Assembly (NCBI RefSeq): GCF_000142905.1
Contig: NW_013657606.1
Coordinates: 14,923 to 78,922, forward strand
Source: Thecamonas trahens ATCC 50062
Taxonomy: Eukaryota > Protista > Apusomonadida
DNA: 64,000 nucleotides
Direction: 5' to 3'
A program made the position numbers and the translations under genes. The first letter of the stretch is position 1. Each line of letters starts with the position of its first letter. The notes beneath the pieces were generated by a model. It saw only the letters and a list, made by a program, of their open reading frames with translations, was not told the DNA's origin and made no database searches. Positions 1-11,108 of this stretch are shown piece by piece.

Positions 1-404
1 TACCTATACCCCCACCACACACCACTCACCACCTACCCCTACCCCCTCCTTCCTCCCCCTCCCCCTACCATGCCCTCCTCCTCTCCCCCCCCCCTCCCCC
101 TCTTCCCCCTTCCCGGCCACCTCCGCTAAGTCACATGTGCGCTGAGGGCCAAAATATAGCCAACGCGACATGAGCCGACCAGACTAATTGGCTTAAAGGG
201 AGGAAGGACTCAGGGGGGGATCCCAAGATGAGTCACACCCACACCGCACTGTAGCACAGCAACGGGTCGAGGGGGTACAGGCAAGGGACCACATCTTACG
301 AGACACAGGCATACACATATATAGAGATAGAGTGAGTGTGTGGGTGAGTGAGAGTACTTGTGGTCGGTATGTGTGAGCAGACGTCCAAGACACAATGGCG
401 GTGG

Positions 405-2231
405 ATGCTGGTCAACGTGGCTGCGGTCATGGTGTGCTACCTGGTGGCCTCAACGGCTGTCTCTCCGCAAGTCGCACAAGCTAATGGTCGGCCAACATCC
501 AAGAAGCATCCTACACTGGATGGTGGAGGCTATTGTTTCACTCCGCCGTGTTCCGCATTCGGGGGTTCATTCCGTGGTCCTGCGTGGTCCAATCCCACTA
601 ATGTCATTGGCACGGATCCAAACACACACAAAGTCACCGCCTTCTACGGCTGGCTCGTCATCATGCTCTGCCTCGGTATGGCCGTAGAGGTCTCAGGTCA
701 TCTCGCCAGAGCCCTCCTCCGCCCCAGGCTCATGCTGTGGTCCAAGGGCAGATGGCTCAGCCTCGGTGAGCTTATCGGCGTCCTCTCGGTCGCCGGACTC
801 TGTGCGTGGTGGATCGCCACAGCCTTGACTGTCGGCCCGATCCAGGGCCCAAACAACAAGCCAAAGGTGAGGGTCAAGGACGAGATGGACTCGCTCAAGG
901 CCTGGGCCGCCGCTCTCGGCTCGGTTCTTGACCTCGTCCTCGGCCTCGTCCTCCTCCCGGTCGGCCGCTCCTCGGTCGTCTTCTGGGTCTTTGGCGCGAG
1001 CTGGGATCGCGTCCTCTGGGTCCATCGCTCGGGCGGGGTGGTCTTTCTCCTCGGCGCTGCCCTCCACGCCACGCTCTATGTTCTCCGTTGGCGGCAGAGC
1101 GGCAAGCTGCGGGCAAACATGGCCGACTACGGCGCGACCCACTACGGGCGGACCATCAACGCGTGGAACGTCGATGCCATGAAGATCAGCCTCTGCATCC
1201 TCCCGGTCATCGCTCTTCTCGCCACCCCGTATGTCCGCCGGACAAAGTACTACCTCTTCTACGCTTCGCACCTGCTGCTCGTCGTCTTCATCGCCCTCAT
1301 CCTCGTCCACTCGTGGTCCGCCTGGGCCTTTGCCCTCCCAGGCCTCGTCTTCTACGCCATCGACAAAGCTGCCGATGCCTGGTTCTGGCTCTCTGCCTGG
1401 TGGGCGGCGGGCTCGCCCAGCCCTGCCCGCCTTGAGCCGCTCGGCGCCTCGGTGGTCAAGATCGTCATGGACGCACCTGCCCCGCCGCTCGGCGCCACCG
1501 CCTTTGTCCACGTCCCGGCTGTCGCCCGCCTCCAGCGCCACCCGTTCACCGTGCCCTACCTCGGCCGCGCCCGCGCAGCCTCGCAGCTCTGCCTCTACAT
1601 TGCCCGCACAGGCTCGTGGTCGTCGGCCGTTGCCGAGCTCGCCGACGACGCCTCGTCCCACCCGGTCGTCAACATCTCCATCCCGCCGGGCCTCGGCTCG
1701 CGCCAGCTGCCCGGCTCGCTCTGTGTGGGCAACATGTCGCGGGTGTGGATCGCCGGCGGCGTCGGCATGAGCGTCATCTCCACCGTCCTCCGCTCGGCGC
1801 TCTCGTGCGGCGTGCCGACGTCGGCAGCTGCCCCGTCGAGTCTCCATCTCCAGACCGACACCCCGCTCCTGCCCTCGCCCAAGCTCCGCTCGCTCCTCGT
1901 CTGGATCGTCCGCGATGTCGAGCTCGTTGCCGAGTTTGCCGACTTTCTCGCCGAAGTCGCCGCCGCCGGCTGGATCGAGATCAAGGTCTTTGTCACCCGT
2001 CCGGGCGCTGACGAGGCCTGCCTTCTCCCGCCGGCCCTTGGCACCTGCCTCCACGCCGGCCGGCCCGAAATCAGCGCCGAGATCAGCGACTTTGTCTCCT
2101 CGGTTGAGTCTGGCCGGGCCGTCCAAGTCGTCACCTGTGGCTCGCGCGCCTTTGAGCGCCGCGTCCGTGCCGCCGCCGCCGCCGACACCTGCTACGACCT
2201 CGAGTTCCATGCCCTCAATGCCTCACTGTGA
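405..2231 (+). CDS. Ferric reductase-like flavocytochrome (FRE/FRO, NOX superfamily)
   Basis: Signal-like N-terminus from ATG 405. Paired heme His in TM helices (WVHR...LHAT; ASHLL...LVHS), FAD motif HPFT, NAD(P)H motifs IAGGVGMS and TCGS. The start codon is uncertain (369 or 405). Confidence 0.85.
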   Translation: MLVNVAAVMVCYLVASTAVSPQVAQANGRPTSKKHPTLDGGGYCFTPPCSAFGGSFRGPAWSNPTNVIGTDPNTHKVTAFYGWLVIMLCLGMAVEVSGHLARALLRPRLMLWSKGRWLSLGELIGVLSVAGLCAWWIATALTVGPIQGPNNKPKVRVKDEMDSLKAWAAALGSVLDLVLGLVLLPVGRSSVVFWVFGASWDRVLWVHRSGGVVFLLGAALHATLYVLRWRQSGKLRANMADYGATHYGRTINAWNVDAMKISLCILPVIALLATPYVRRTKYYLFYASHLLLVVFIALILVHSWSAWAFALPGLVFYAIDKAADAWFWLSAWWAAGSPSPARLEPLGASVVKIVMDAPAPPLGATAFVHVPAVARLQRHPFTVPYLGRARAASQLCLYIARTGSWSSAVAELADDASSHPVVNISIPPGLGSRQLPGSLCVGNMSRVWIAGGVGMSVISTVLRSALSCGVPTSAAAPSSLHLQTDTPLLPSPKLRSLLVWIVRDVELVAEFADFLAEVAAAGWIEIKVFVTRPGADEACLLPPALGTCLHAGRPEISAEISDFVSSVESGRAVQVVTCGSRAFERRVRAAAAADTCYDLEFHALNASL

Positions 2232-2262
2232 TCGGCTTGACAGGCATGGCGGATAAAGCGCC

Positions 2263-2301
2263 ACCCCCCCCCCCCCACCACCACCACCACCACCACCACA
2301 C

Positions 2302-2339
<38 letters not shown>

Positions 2340-2405
2340 ACACACACACACGAACGACGACCCCCCCCCCACCCCCCCCCACCCCACCCACCACCACCAC
2401 CACAC

Positions 2406-2445
<40 letters not shown>
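2263..2445. repeat. (CCA)n/(CA)n/poly-C microsatellite block
   Basis: Simple repeats directly visible in the intergenic spacer. Confidence 0.95.
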
Positions 2446-2933
2446 ATGACACACACGCAAACAATTGCAATATGGTAGAGGTGTTTAGGATGGTGCAGGA
2501 GGGGTGTACGGCGGTGTAAGGGGGGATGTAGGGAGGGGAAGGCAAAAAAAAATATACTCCACACCCCCCCACCCCCCACCAGCCCCACCCCCCCCAGCCC
2601 CCCAGCCCCCGTTCCAAGTCCGGCAAGCCCATGGGCAAGCCCCCCCGCCCGTCCTGCTACTCGGCCAAACATACTCCGCCCGCCACACTCCACCACCACG
2701 ACCACCCACCACCACACCCTCCGCACCCACCACACCTTCTCATCCCCCTCCTTCCACATCCCCATCCCCATCCCCGCCCGCACCCTCTCCCTCGCACTGT
2801 CCCTCGGCTACGATCCACAGACTCTCATTCTTGTCCCCCCAAGCCAGTGAGTGTGCGTCGAACGTATCAACAATTTTGATATTTGACATATAGCTACATA
2901 CACCGTGATAGTCCCTCTCTTTAACCTTGCAAC

Positions 2934-3551
2934 ATGTTTGCCCTTCCGGTCTCACGGACCGCCGTATGGGCGCACCCGGCACTTCGGGTCGTCATGAACG
3001 CGTTCAACGGGGCAGAGGGCGTGACGAGGACGCGTGGGGTGGCGGTGACGACAGAGTGGCAAAAATTTGTGGCGGAGCATCCGCCGCGGAATGGCGTCCC
3101 TGCCGGCCAAGGCCTCCCCGCCGGAGAGCTTCTCTTCCGCATCCCGCTCGCCCCGGAGCGGATGACGGCCAGCGCATCAACGTTCTCGCTCCAGGTCGGT
3201 CCGGAGGGCCACGTCAACGCACTCGATCTCGAAAACGAGATGTGGGTGTGCATGAACCACGCTTGCACGCCGACGGCGTCGGCCACCATTGCCGTCGTCG
3301 ACGACGTCGTCGACGTCTCGGCCGCCGTCGACCTCGCTCCGGGCGCCGCCGTCACCTTTGACTACAACACCACTGAGGCCTTTCTCGCAGACCCCTTTAC
3401 CTGCTCCTGCGGCGCGCCATCGTGCGTCGGCTCCGTCGCCGGCTACACCACCCTCTCCGTCGATCAGCGCCGCGCTCGCCCGGTCGTCGCCCCCTACCTC
3501 CTCGCCTCCTCGTCCTCCTCGCCCTCCTCAACCTCGTCGACCTCGCTGTAG
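2934..3551 (+). CDS. Small SET-domain protein with post-SET (putative lysine methyltransferase)
   Basis: MNHACTP (NHxCxPN-like), VTFDY (ELxFDY-like), post-SET FTCSCGAPSCVG. Confidence 0.85.
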   Translation: MFALPVSRTAVWAHPALRVVMNAFNGAEGVTRTRGVAVTTEWQKFVAEHPPRNGVPAGQGLPAGELLFRIPLAPERMTASASTFSLQVGPEGHVNALDLENEMWVCMNHACTPTASATIAVVDDVVDVSAAVDLAPGAAVTFDYNTTEAFLADPFTCSCGAPSCVGSVAGYTTLSVDQRRARPVVAPYLLASSSSSPSSTSSTSL

Positions 3552-3816
3552 TGCTCCGCCCTGTAAAACGCACCGCGCCTTGCCCGCATCACCGCAATCT
3601 CACCCGCTGATTGCCCCACTCAATTGCCTCATTATGGCCACTCACAGGAAAACGCCATTTTGTTCCGTAAAAGGCCGTCAACTTTTTCTCCGCTCGGCCT
3701 GCCACCCCGCTCGCAACGGCAGCTCACACGCCAGTCGCCGCCTCCACCGCACGCACACGCGTCTGCAGCAGCCAAGCAAGTCTCAAGCCAGTTCGAAGAC
3801 ACCACTCATTCCGCAC

Positions 3817-4848
3817 ATGTTGCTCTCACCGCTCTTCACGCCGCTCGCCTCGCTCGCCGGCGGCTTGGCCATTGGCGCGTCGTCGTCGTTGTTGCTGGCG
3901 ACCCAAGGGAAAATTCTCGGCGTATCCGGCATCGCCTACATGTCAGCATCGCCCGACACGCATGTCTCCAACCGCACCTGGCGACTCGCCTTTCTCTCCG
4001 GCATGGTTGCTGCCGGATCGGGCCTCGCTGTCCTGGCGCCTGCCGTCTTTGGTCCGGCCCTTGTCCCTGGCGCCCTCCCTGTCGCTCCTCTCGCCGCCTC
4101 GGGCGTGCTGACAGCTAATGCCGCCTACGCCGCCGCGGGCTTCCTCGTCGGCCTCGGCACCAAGATCGGCTCCGGCTGCACCTCGGGCCACGGCGTGTGT
4201 GGCCTTCCGCGCTGGTCGGCACGCTCGCTCGTCGCCGTCCTCTCCTTCATGTCCTCCGCCGCCGCCACCCTCGCCATCACGGCAGGCCTCGGATGGACCT
4301 CGCCCGTCGCCGTCCCGGCCGCAGGCTCGGCCGTCGCCTCGACCTCGCCGCTCGCCCCCGCCGTCGCCGCCGTCCTCGCCGCCGCTGCCCTCGCCTGGCC
4401 GGCCGATGCCACCCCGCTCGCCAACAAGCTCATGGCGGGCGCATGGGGCATGCTCTTTGCCTCGGGCCTCGGCCTCGCCGGCATGCTCAACCCGCTCAAG
4501 GTCCTCGGCTTCCTCTCGCCCTCTGCCGTCGCCGGCGGCTGGGATCCCAGCCTCGCCCTCGTCATGGGCGGCGCCGTCGCCTTTAATCTCGTCGCCTTCC
4601 CCATCCTCACCGCCCGCGGCTCCACCGTCACCTCGCCGGCCCTCCCGCTCGACCTGCCGACCTCCTCTGATCTCAACCCGCGCCTCATTGGCGGCTCGGT
4701 CCTCTTCGGCCTCGGCTGGGCCATCGCCGGCTTCTGCCCGGGCCCGGCCATTGCCTCGCTCGCCACCGCCCATCTCTCGCCGCATCTCCTCACCTGGCTC
4801 GCCGCCTTTGCCGCCGGCCAGACCACCTACCACCTTGCCTTCCGCTAA
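3817..4848 (+). CDS. YeeE/YedE-family sulfur-compound transporter, two halves fused
   Basis: GKILGVSGI, GSGCTSGHGVCG, GMLNPLKVLGFL, WDPSLALVMGGA, FGLGWAIAGFCPGPA; strongly hydrophobic. ATG 3817 is in frame with ORF 3289..4848. Confidence 0.9.
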   Translation: MLLSPLFTPLASLAGGLAIGASSSLLLATQGKILGVSGIAYMSASPDTHVSNRTWRLAFLSGMVAAGSGLAVLAPAVFGPALVPGALPVAPLAASGVLTANAAYAAAGFLVGLGTKIGSGCTSGHGVCGLPRWSARSLVAVLSFMSSAAATLAITAGLGWTSPVAVPAAGSAVASTSPLAPAVAAVLAAAALAWPADATPLANKLMAGAWGMLFASGLGLAGMLNPLKVLGFLSPSAVAGGWDPSLALVMGGAVAFNLVAFPILTARGSTVTSPALPLDLPTSSDLNPRLIGGSVLFGLGWAIAGFCPGPAIASLATAHLSPHLLTWLAAFAAGQTTYHLAFR

Positions 4849-4874
4849 CCTGCTGACCGCTCTGCGGCGATCAA

Positions 4875-5227
4875 ATGCAACCGCGTGTCCATCTGGTCAA
4901 CCGCACCGCCCACACGCTGCACCTCCTCCCCATCCCACGCCCGACACGACGACGGGCACCATCATCTTGGGTGCGAACGGTGGAGTGTACAAGGCGACGT
5001 TTTCAAACCAGATCTCGCTCACTCAGGTCGGCTCGCTGCCCGGCTCCGTCTCGGGCTGCCTCAGCCCCATTGCCTGGGACGCGAGCAGCGCGGCTGTCGT
5101 CGCTACCTGCTCGATGACTGATGGCACCTTTGGCCTCGTCACCGTTCCGACGAAAGGTGCCGCAGCATCAGCCATCGTCTTCCAGGCTCCGAGCTCGTTT
5201 TCGTACTGGTCCGTCAACGTCGTCTGA
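4875..5227 (+). CDS. Possible small (~117 aa) beta-rich protein or gene fragment, one frameshift
   Basis: Coding-like codon usage over 4940-5227. It joins ATG 4875 if one C is added in ATCCCACG (~4933-4936). Confidence 0.3.
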
Positions 5228-5264
5228 AGCAATCCAGACGGCGTGCGGCAGCAGATAGATTGTC

Positions 5265-5407
5265 GGCTCACGAAGTGGTAAAGCCCACAAATTTTTGGGC
5301 AACGTATTTGGAGTAGCTGATAACGTTGCAGCGCAGTTAGCACGGTCAACCGCGTGTACGTGAGCGCCGTTCGATGGCTCGCGGGCACACGAGATCAAGG
5401 TAAGAAT
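5265..5407 (-). ncRNA. Candidate U1-like / Sm-class snRNA
   Basis: Minus strand reads ATTCTTACCTT at the 5' end, then three hairpins, a U1-type Sm site AATTTGTGG ~115 nt downstream and a terminal hairpin. Canonical loop sequences and helix H are not clearly conserved. Confidence 0.25.
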
Positions 5408-5927
5408 AGGGCGCCCAGATGGCGCCCGTCGTCGTCGTAGCGCATCGTCATCAAAAGGGTGGGCGGGTGTGTTCCCACTCCATCGGAGCCGACTCTGTCG
5501 ACGCCATCGAAGCTCTTAGCTATGTAAGGTGTCAGCCGCTTCGCTTCGCTCAGCCGGCCGCGAGTGTTAGCGACTCGTAGCAGTCGCGGCAACACTGGCT
5601 CTTCGGACAATACTTTGAACTCCTCGCGGCGGCCAAGGACGTTCATGACGTCCATGTGGCCACGTGCGCTGTACAGCAGCCACCGCTACGCGAGGGCGGC
5701 ACAGATGGTAGACCAGCTGGTGTAACGTTGACAGGTAGTGCCGAAGTTGTGAAACAATTTTTTACATACCCCCCACCCCCCATCACCCCCCTGCCAACCC
5801 AACCACCCGTTCGCCGGTCATTGGACTCTCGTAGCCAGCACCCGTCTAGTTGGCCAGGACGCTGGGCGCGCTGGCGGAAAAAGGGGCGAAAAACTGAGAC
5901 ATGTTCAGGTCAATAATGCGCATACAC

Positions 5928-8900
5928 ATGCGCGCTCCTCCAGCCGTGCTCCTCTTGGTTTTTGTCGTCTTTTTCGCCGTCTTTGCCGCCGCCTCTTCGC
6001 CCTCGCTTACTCGCCGTCACTTGCACTCTTTGCCGCTTGAGCCGACGCGGTGGCCACCCGCTGTCGCTGACATGATTGCCAATTTACCAGACAATCTGTC
6101 AGCCAAATGGATCGTCACCGCTCATCCCCTCCTCGCCGCCTACCACTTGCAGCATCCGCTGCAGCAGACACTACCGGAGCCGGATCTCGTTGCTGTTGTT
6201 GCAGGTCATACTGCCCTGGCCCTGCCTCCTCGGCCTCTCCCTGCTGTGCCTCGGCCGCCATCGGCGCGCTCCGCGGAGCTCCCGGTCAACGCCGCGCGGG
6301 CATTTTCGTCTAATCTGTCAACCTATGCCGTTCCTGCCTTTGCCCTCGCAGACTCCTGCCTCGTCTCCACCGCCCTCCTCGACGCTCTCAACCTCGCCGT
6401 CCCATCGTCATGGGACGATCTGGCCGCGCTCTGCACCGCCGCCGCGCCCTCGGTCGCCACCTGCATCAGCATCGACGGCGCTGACCCCACCGCCGCCGCC
6501 CACGCCCACTCGTCACTCCTCGTCGACGCCCTCCTCCTCGCCACCCACGGCGAGGAGCTGTACGGCCAGCTGCTGGCCGGCAGCATCCCACCGTCCGATC
6601 CGCGCATCGCCGCCGTCCTCGCCGCAGCCATCAAGCTCAACGCCGGTGCGCCGCTCGGCCTACCATCCGCGCCCGCCGCCATCCGCTGCGGCGCCAGCCT
6701 CGCCTCGCGCCCGCCCTCGCCCGCCGCCGCCGCCTTCTCCCTCGCCGCCCTCGGCTGCCGTACCGCCCGCTGCTCCGCCCCGCTCCCGGTCACAGGCCTC
6801 CGCATCGGTTGGGCCGTCGCCCCGGCCGCGCCGCACCCTGCTGCCGCCCTCGACGCCCTCGACGCCCTCGACACCCTCGACGCCTCCCAAGCCCTCTCGC
6901 CTGCCGCCGATCTCGTCACCAGCGAGCCCGTGGTCATGCGGAGCTCAGACGCCGTCGCCTGCCTGTCATGGCGTGCCGCCGTTGCCGATCTCTACGCCGT
7001 GCCGCCACGCACCTCGCCGCCCGACCACCTCTCGACGCCGTCACCACCACCACCTCCGCCACCGCCTTTGTCACCACCGGCCTCCAAGACTCCCAGCTTG
7101 TCCAAGTCGGCCATCGGCGCGCTGGCCGCCTTCTCGGTCCTCGCGCTCATCGCTGCCGCCGCCGCCGTCTGTTGGTACTGCAGCATGCGGAGGAAGCGGG
7201 CGGCAGTGGCGCACTCGGCGCGGAGCGGTGGCGCTGAGCACGTGGTCATCGCGCTCGGCGACGTCGAGCTCGGTGGGCCTCTCCTCATCTGCCGGCACGC
7301 GCAGCGATGGGTCTACGCCGGGCGCTGGCGCGAGAGCGCTGTGGCCATCGTCCACATCCCGGCCTCGTCAGGCGCGGCGCTCGACGGCGCCGGCCCGCTG
7401 ACCCACTTTCGGCACGAGGCGGCCAAGCTCGCCGAGCTCGACCATCCGCACGTGGCGGCGGTGTACGGCGTGCTCACGGCGCCGGCGGCAGTCATCGTCC
7501 CGCGGATGGTCGGCGGCTCGCTCTACGCCGCCCTCCACTCGCCGCAGCTCAAGCTCCCGCACAGCCTCCGCCTCGCCTGGGCCGCCGGCATCACCCGTGG
7601 CCTGGCCTTCCTCCACGCCCGCGGCATCATCCATGGCGCCGTCTCCTCCTCGGCCGTCTACTTTGGCACCGACTGGACGCCCGTCATCACAGACTTTGCC
7701 CAGGCCTCGCTCGTCACCGCCATCTCCGCCGACATGCGCGCCGCGTTGGTGAAGCGGCCCTCGTCGCACTCGCCGCACTCACCGCCGCCGTCCTCACACT
7801 CACGCTCGCACACGCGATCACGATCACGCTCGCCTTCGCCCTCGCGCCACCGCCCCGTCGCCTCGTACTCGCACTCGGTCGCGCCGGCCTTGTCCATCTC
7901 GGCCCTCTCGGGCTCGCTCACCACCTCGGCCGCCGCCGTGGGCAAGACCTCGCGGTCCATGGCCTCGATGCGGTCGGTGGGGACCGGCATGGTCGAGTCG
8001 TCGTCGCTGATGGAGACCGTCTGGTCGGGCCTCTCGGCGGTGATGGACTGGAGCGCCAAGTCGTCGACGACGCTGGCCGCCGACGATGCCACCGCCACTG
8101 CCGCCCTCGGCACTGACCCGGGCCCGCACCCGCCCGTCCTTGCCCGCGCCGTCTACTGGACCGCGCCCGAGCTGCTTGAGACCGTCCTCTGCCCATCCGA
8201 TCCCACCGTCACCGCTGCCGTCGTCGCCCCCGCCGTCACCGCCGCCTCGGACGCCTACGCCCTCGGCATCACCCTCTGGGAGCTCTGCTCACGCGCCGAG
8301 CCCTATCGCGGCGCTCACCCGCTAGCTGTCGCCCTTGCCACCGCCGCAGACCTTCTTCGCCCCTCACTCGACGCCGCCGCCACAGGTATGGCCGACCTCG
8401 CCGCCCTCGCCGCCCGCCTCTGGGCTCATGCGCCCGTCGCCCGCATCGATGTCGCCGCCGCCGCCGCCGCCGCCCGCGCCCTCGCCGCCCGCGCCCCGCC
8501 GCCGCTCCCGCCGTCCGCCGCCCTCGATGTCGCTAGTGGTGGTGGTGGTGCTGCTGCTGCTGTCTCCGCCCGCACCTCCCCCAACGCCCGCCTCGCCGGC
8601 CGCCGCGCTGGCCGCCCCGTTGTTGCCGCACAGGTCTCGGTGGCCAACGCCGTAGCCTGGCTCCGGGCCTCGCCGCACGACGGCGCTGGCGTCATCGTCG
8701 CCTTCCACGCCACCGTCGCCGCCGTCGCCGCCAAGTATCAGCTCGCCGTCGCCGGCTGGGAGGTGGGCCAGGTGACGCTCGTCGGCTGCGATCCGGTCGC
8801 CGTCCTCACCGCAGGCCGCGAGCTGCTCGAGGTGACCGGCGCACAGCTGCCGCTCTCCGTCCTCATCGCCAGCAGCGATCCCAGGCCGCCGGCCCGCGCC

Positions 8901-9564
8901 CGCACCACCGCCCGCCGCGGCTACGATCCGCACGTCGCCGCCCTCGCCCTCCTCGCCGACGCCTGGGCCGCCCTCTTTGGCCGCCCGGCTGTCGCCCTCC
9001 TCACCGCCGCCGTCAACGCCGCAGGCGCAGACACCGCCGAGCCGGCAGTCCATCTCCACGCATACCTCGTCCAGCAGCAGATGGTCGTCGCCGCCTCCTC
9101 GCGCGCCGCCGCCCCGCCGCTCCCGCTCATCGCCCTCGCCGCCGCCCGCGGCCTCTTTGTCCACGTCGCCCTCTCAGGCGCCCTGCCCTGGCCCTCGGCC
9201 GCTCCAGCCTCGGCCGTCGCCCCCGAGCTCGTCTCCGCCCGCGCCGACCTCGCCGCCTCCTCCGCCGGTGCCTTTCTCCGCATCGCCTTTGGCGGGCCGG
9301 CCGGTGGCCCGTCGTCCTTCACGCCCTCGTCGTCCTACCCGTCGTCCGAGCTCCCGCCCCTGACCGAGCCCATCGCCCTCGCCTCGGACCTGCTCGCCGC
9401 CGCCACCACCACCGCCGCCGCCGCCCGCTCCGCCATCCCCATCGCCCGCTCAAGCTCGGCCACCACGGCCCTCTGCCCGGCTCCGACCCGGGCCCACCTC
9501 CGCCTGGACCTCTCTGTCCTCTCTCGCCGCCTGTCCACCTCCTCCTCCTCGTCGCCGTCGTCGT

Positions 9565-9598
<34 letters not shown>

Positions 9599-10973
9599 AT
9601 CAACATCATCATCGTCCGCCTCGTCGTCCGCTTCCTCGTCGTCTGCTGCCGAGGAGCAGCAGGCCCGTCGCACGCCGCCCTCGTCGCCATCGTCCTCGTC
9701 CTCGCCCTCGTCCTCGTCCTCGTCCTCGCTGGTGGCGGCAAACGAGGCGAACCCGGGCGGCTCGCCGCTGGCATCGACGCGGACCGAGACAACGGCAGGC
9801 TCTGCCGCTGACGATCTCTCGCTGCCGTCGGACGCCGTCTCGCACTGCCTCATCTCGTCGTCGACGGGCATCTGCCTCGGCGGTGGAGGGAGGGCCAAGA
9901 GCGCCGGTGGCTTCTCGGTCGGCTTCCCCGTCGGCGGCGTGGCAGGCCTCCCAGCACTGCGTCCGCTGCCGTGGCGGGTGCCCGGCGGCCTGATCCGCTC
10001 GCTGGTGGCTTCGGGCCGCGGGCGCGGGTGGTCCGGCTCGTGCGGCGCGAGCACGCCCGGCCGCTACGCCCAGCCCTTTGGCCGGGCCGACATCGCCGTG
10101 GTCGTCAAGGTTCTCCGCCGCCAGGCCTACGCGCCCGAGGCCCTTGTCCGCATCGTCGCTGCCGCCTCCACCGCCGCCCTCGTCGCCGAGGCCTCGCCAG
10201 CCCTCATCGGCCCGCTCGCCGTCTGCCTCGACCCGCCGCACATCGCCCTCGTCTACCCGCGCTATCCGGCAGGCACCCTCGCCGACGCCCTCGCCACCGC
10301 TGCCCCGGCCTCCCTCGCCCCGCCGATTGTCCGCGCCGTCGCCATCGCCACCGCCACCGCCCTCGCCCGCCTCCACGCCGCTCTCGGCGACGGCTCGGGC
10401 CACGGCATGCTCCACCCGGCCAACATCCTCCTCGTCGCCTCACGCACCGGCGATACCGTCGATGCGCACCTAGTCGACTTTAGCCTCGGCCCCATCCGCG
10501 CAGAGCTCGGCGCCCTCGCCGCCGTACCGCACCCGGCTTACGCCGCTCCCGATCTCCTTGCCCCCGCCGCTGCCGCCGCCGCCCTCGCCGCCGCCGCACG
10601 CGATGTGCCCACCTCCTCAGCGTCGTCGTCCCTCTCCTCGGCGCCCGCGGACGTCTTTATCTTTGCCTCGATCCTCTACGAGATGCTCACCGGCCGCAAG
10701 GCCTTTGCCGGCCACAACGTCCTCGCCGTCGCCGCCGCCGTCGCCGACTGCCGCACCCCACCCGTCCTCCCGGACACCATCGCCTCGCCCGAGCTCCGCG
10801 CCATCATGGCGGAAGCGTGGGCGCCCGATCCGGCCGCACGTCCCTCCATGCGCGACATTGCCGCCCGCCTCGCCCTCCTCGCCACAGCAGACTACGCCGC
10901 CCAAGGCCGCTCCCACCCGCCCGCCGGCCGAATCTCGCTCGCCGTCGCCGCCCATCGCTACGCCTCGCGCTAG
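5928..10973 (+). CDS. Single-pass receptor: solute-binding-like ectodomain, TM, degenerate TKL kinase, degenerate class III cyclase-like domain, second degenerate kinase
   Basis: Signal peptide; YAVP...PSSWDDL resembles family 1 solute-binding proteins; TM AIGALAAFSVLALIAAAAAVCW. Kinase 1: LDHPHV, IIHGAVSS, TDFA, WTAPE, DAYALGITLWE. Kinase 2: HGMLHPANIL, DFS, DVFIFASILYEMLTG, PAARPS. Start is 5901, 5916 or 5928. Confidence 0.8.
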
Positions 10974-11108
10974 CCACTCCCGCCCGCACCCATAAAGCAC
11001 GGCTCTTTACCTCGCAGGCACTCATCGCCGGCTTACCCATCCTCGCTCCCAAGCACGTATGTATGTCCATAGGCTGCCCGCAGAGCCGAGGTCGTGGGTA
11101 CGGCTCTT

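Noticed and set aside
405-4848. Ferric reductase, SET and YeeE genes as a functional iron-sulfur cluster
   Set aside because: Co-orientation alone is unremarkable in such a compact genome; no shared regulatory evidence.
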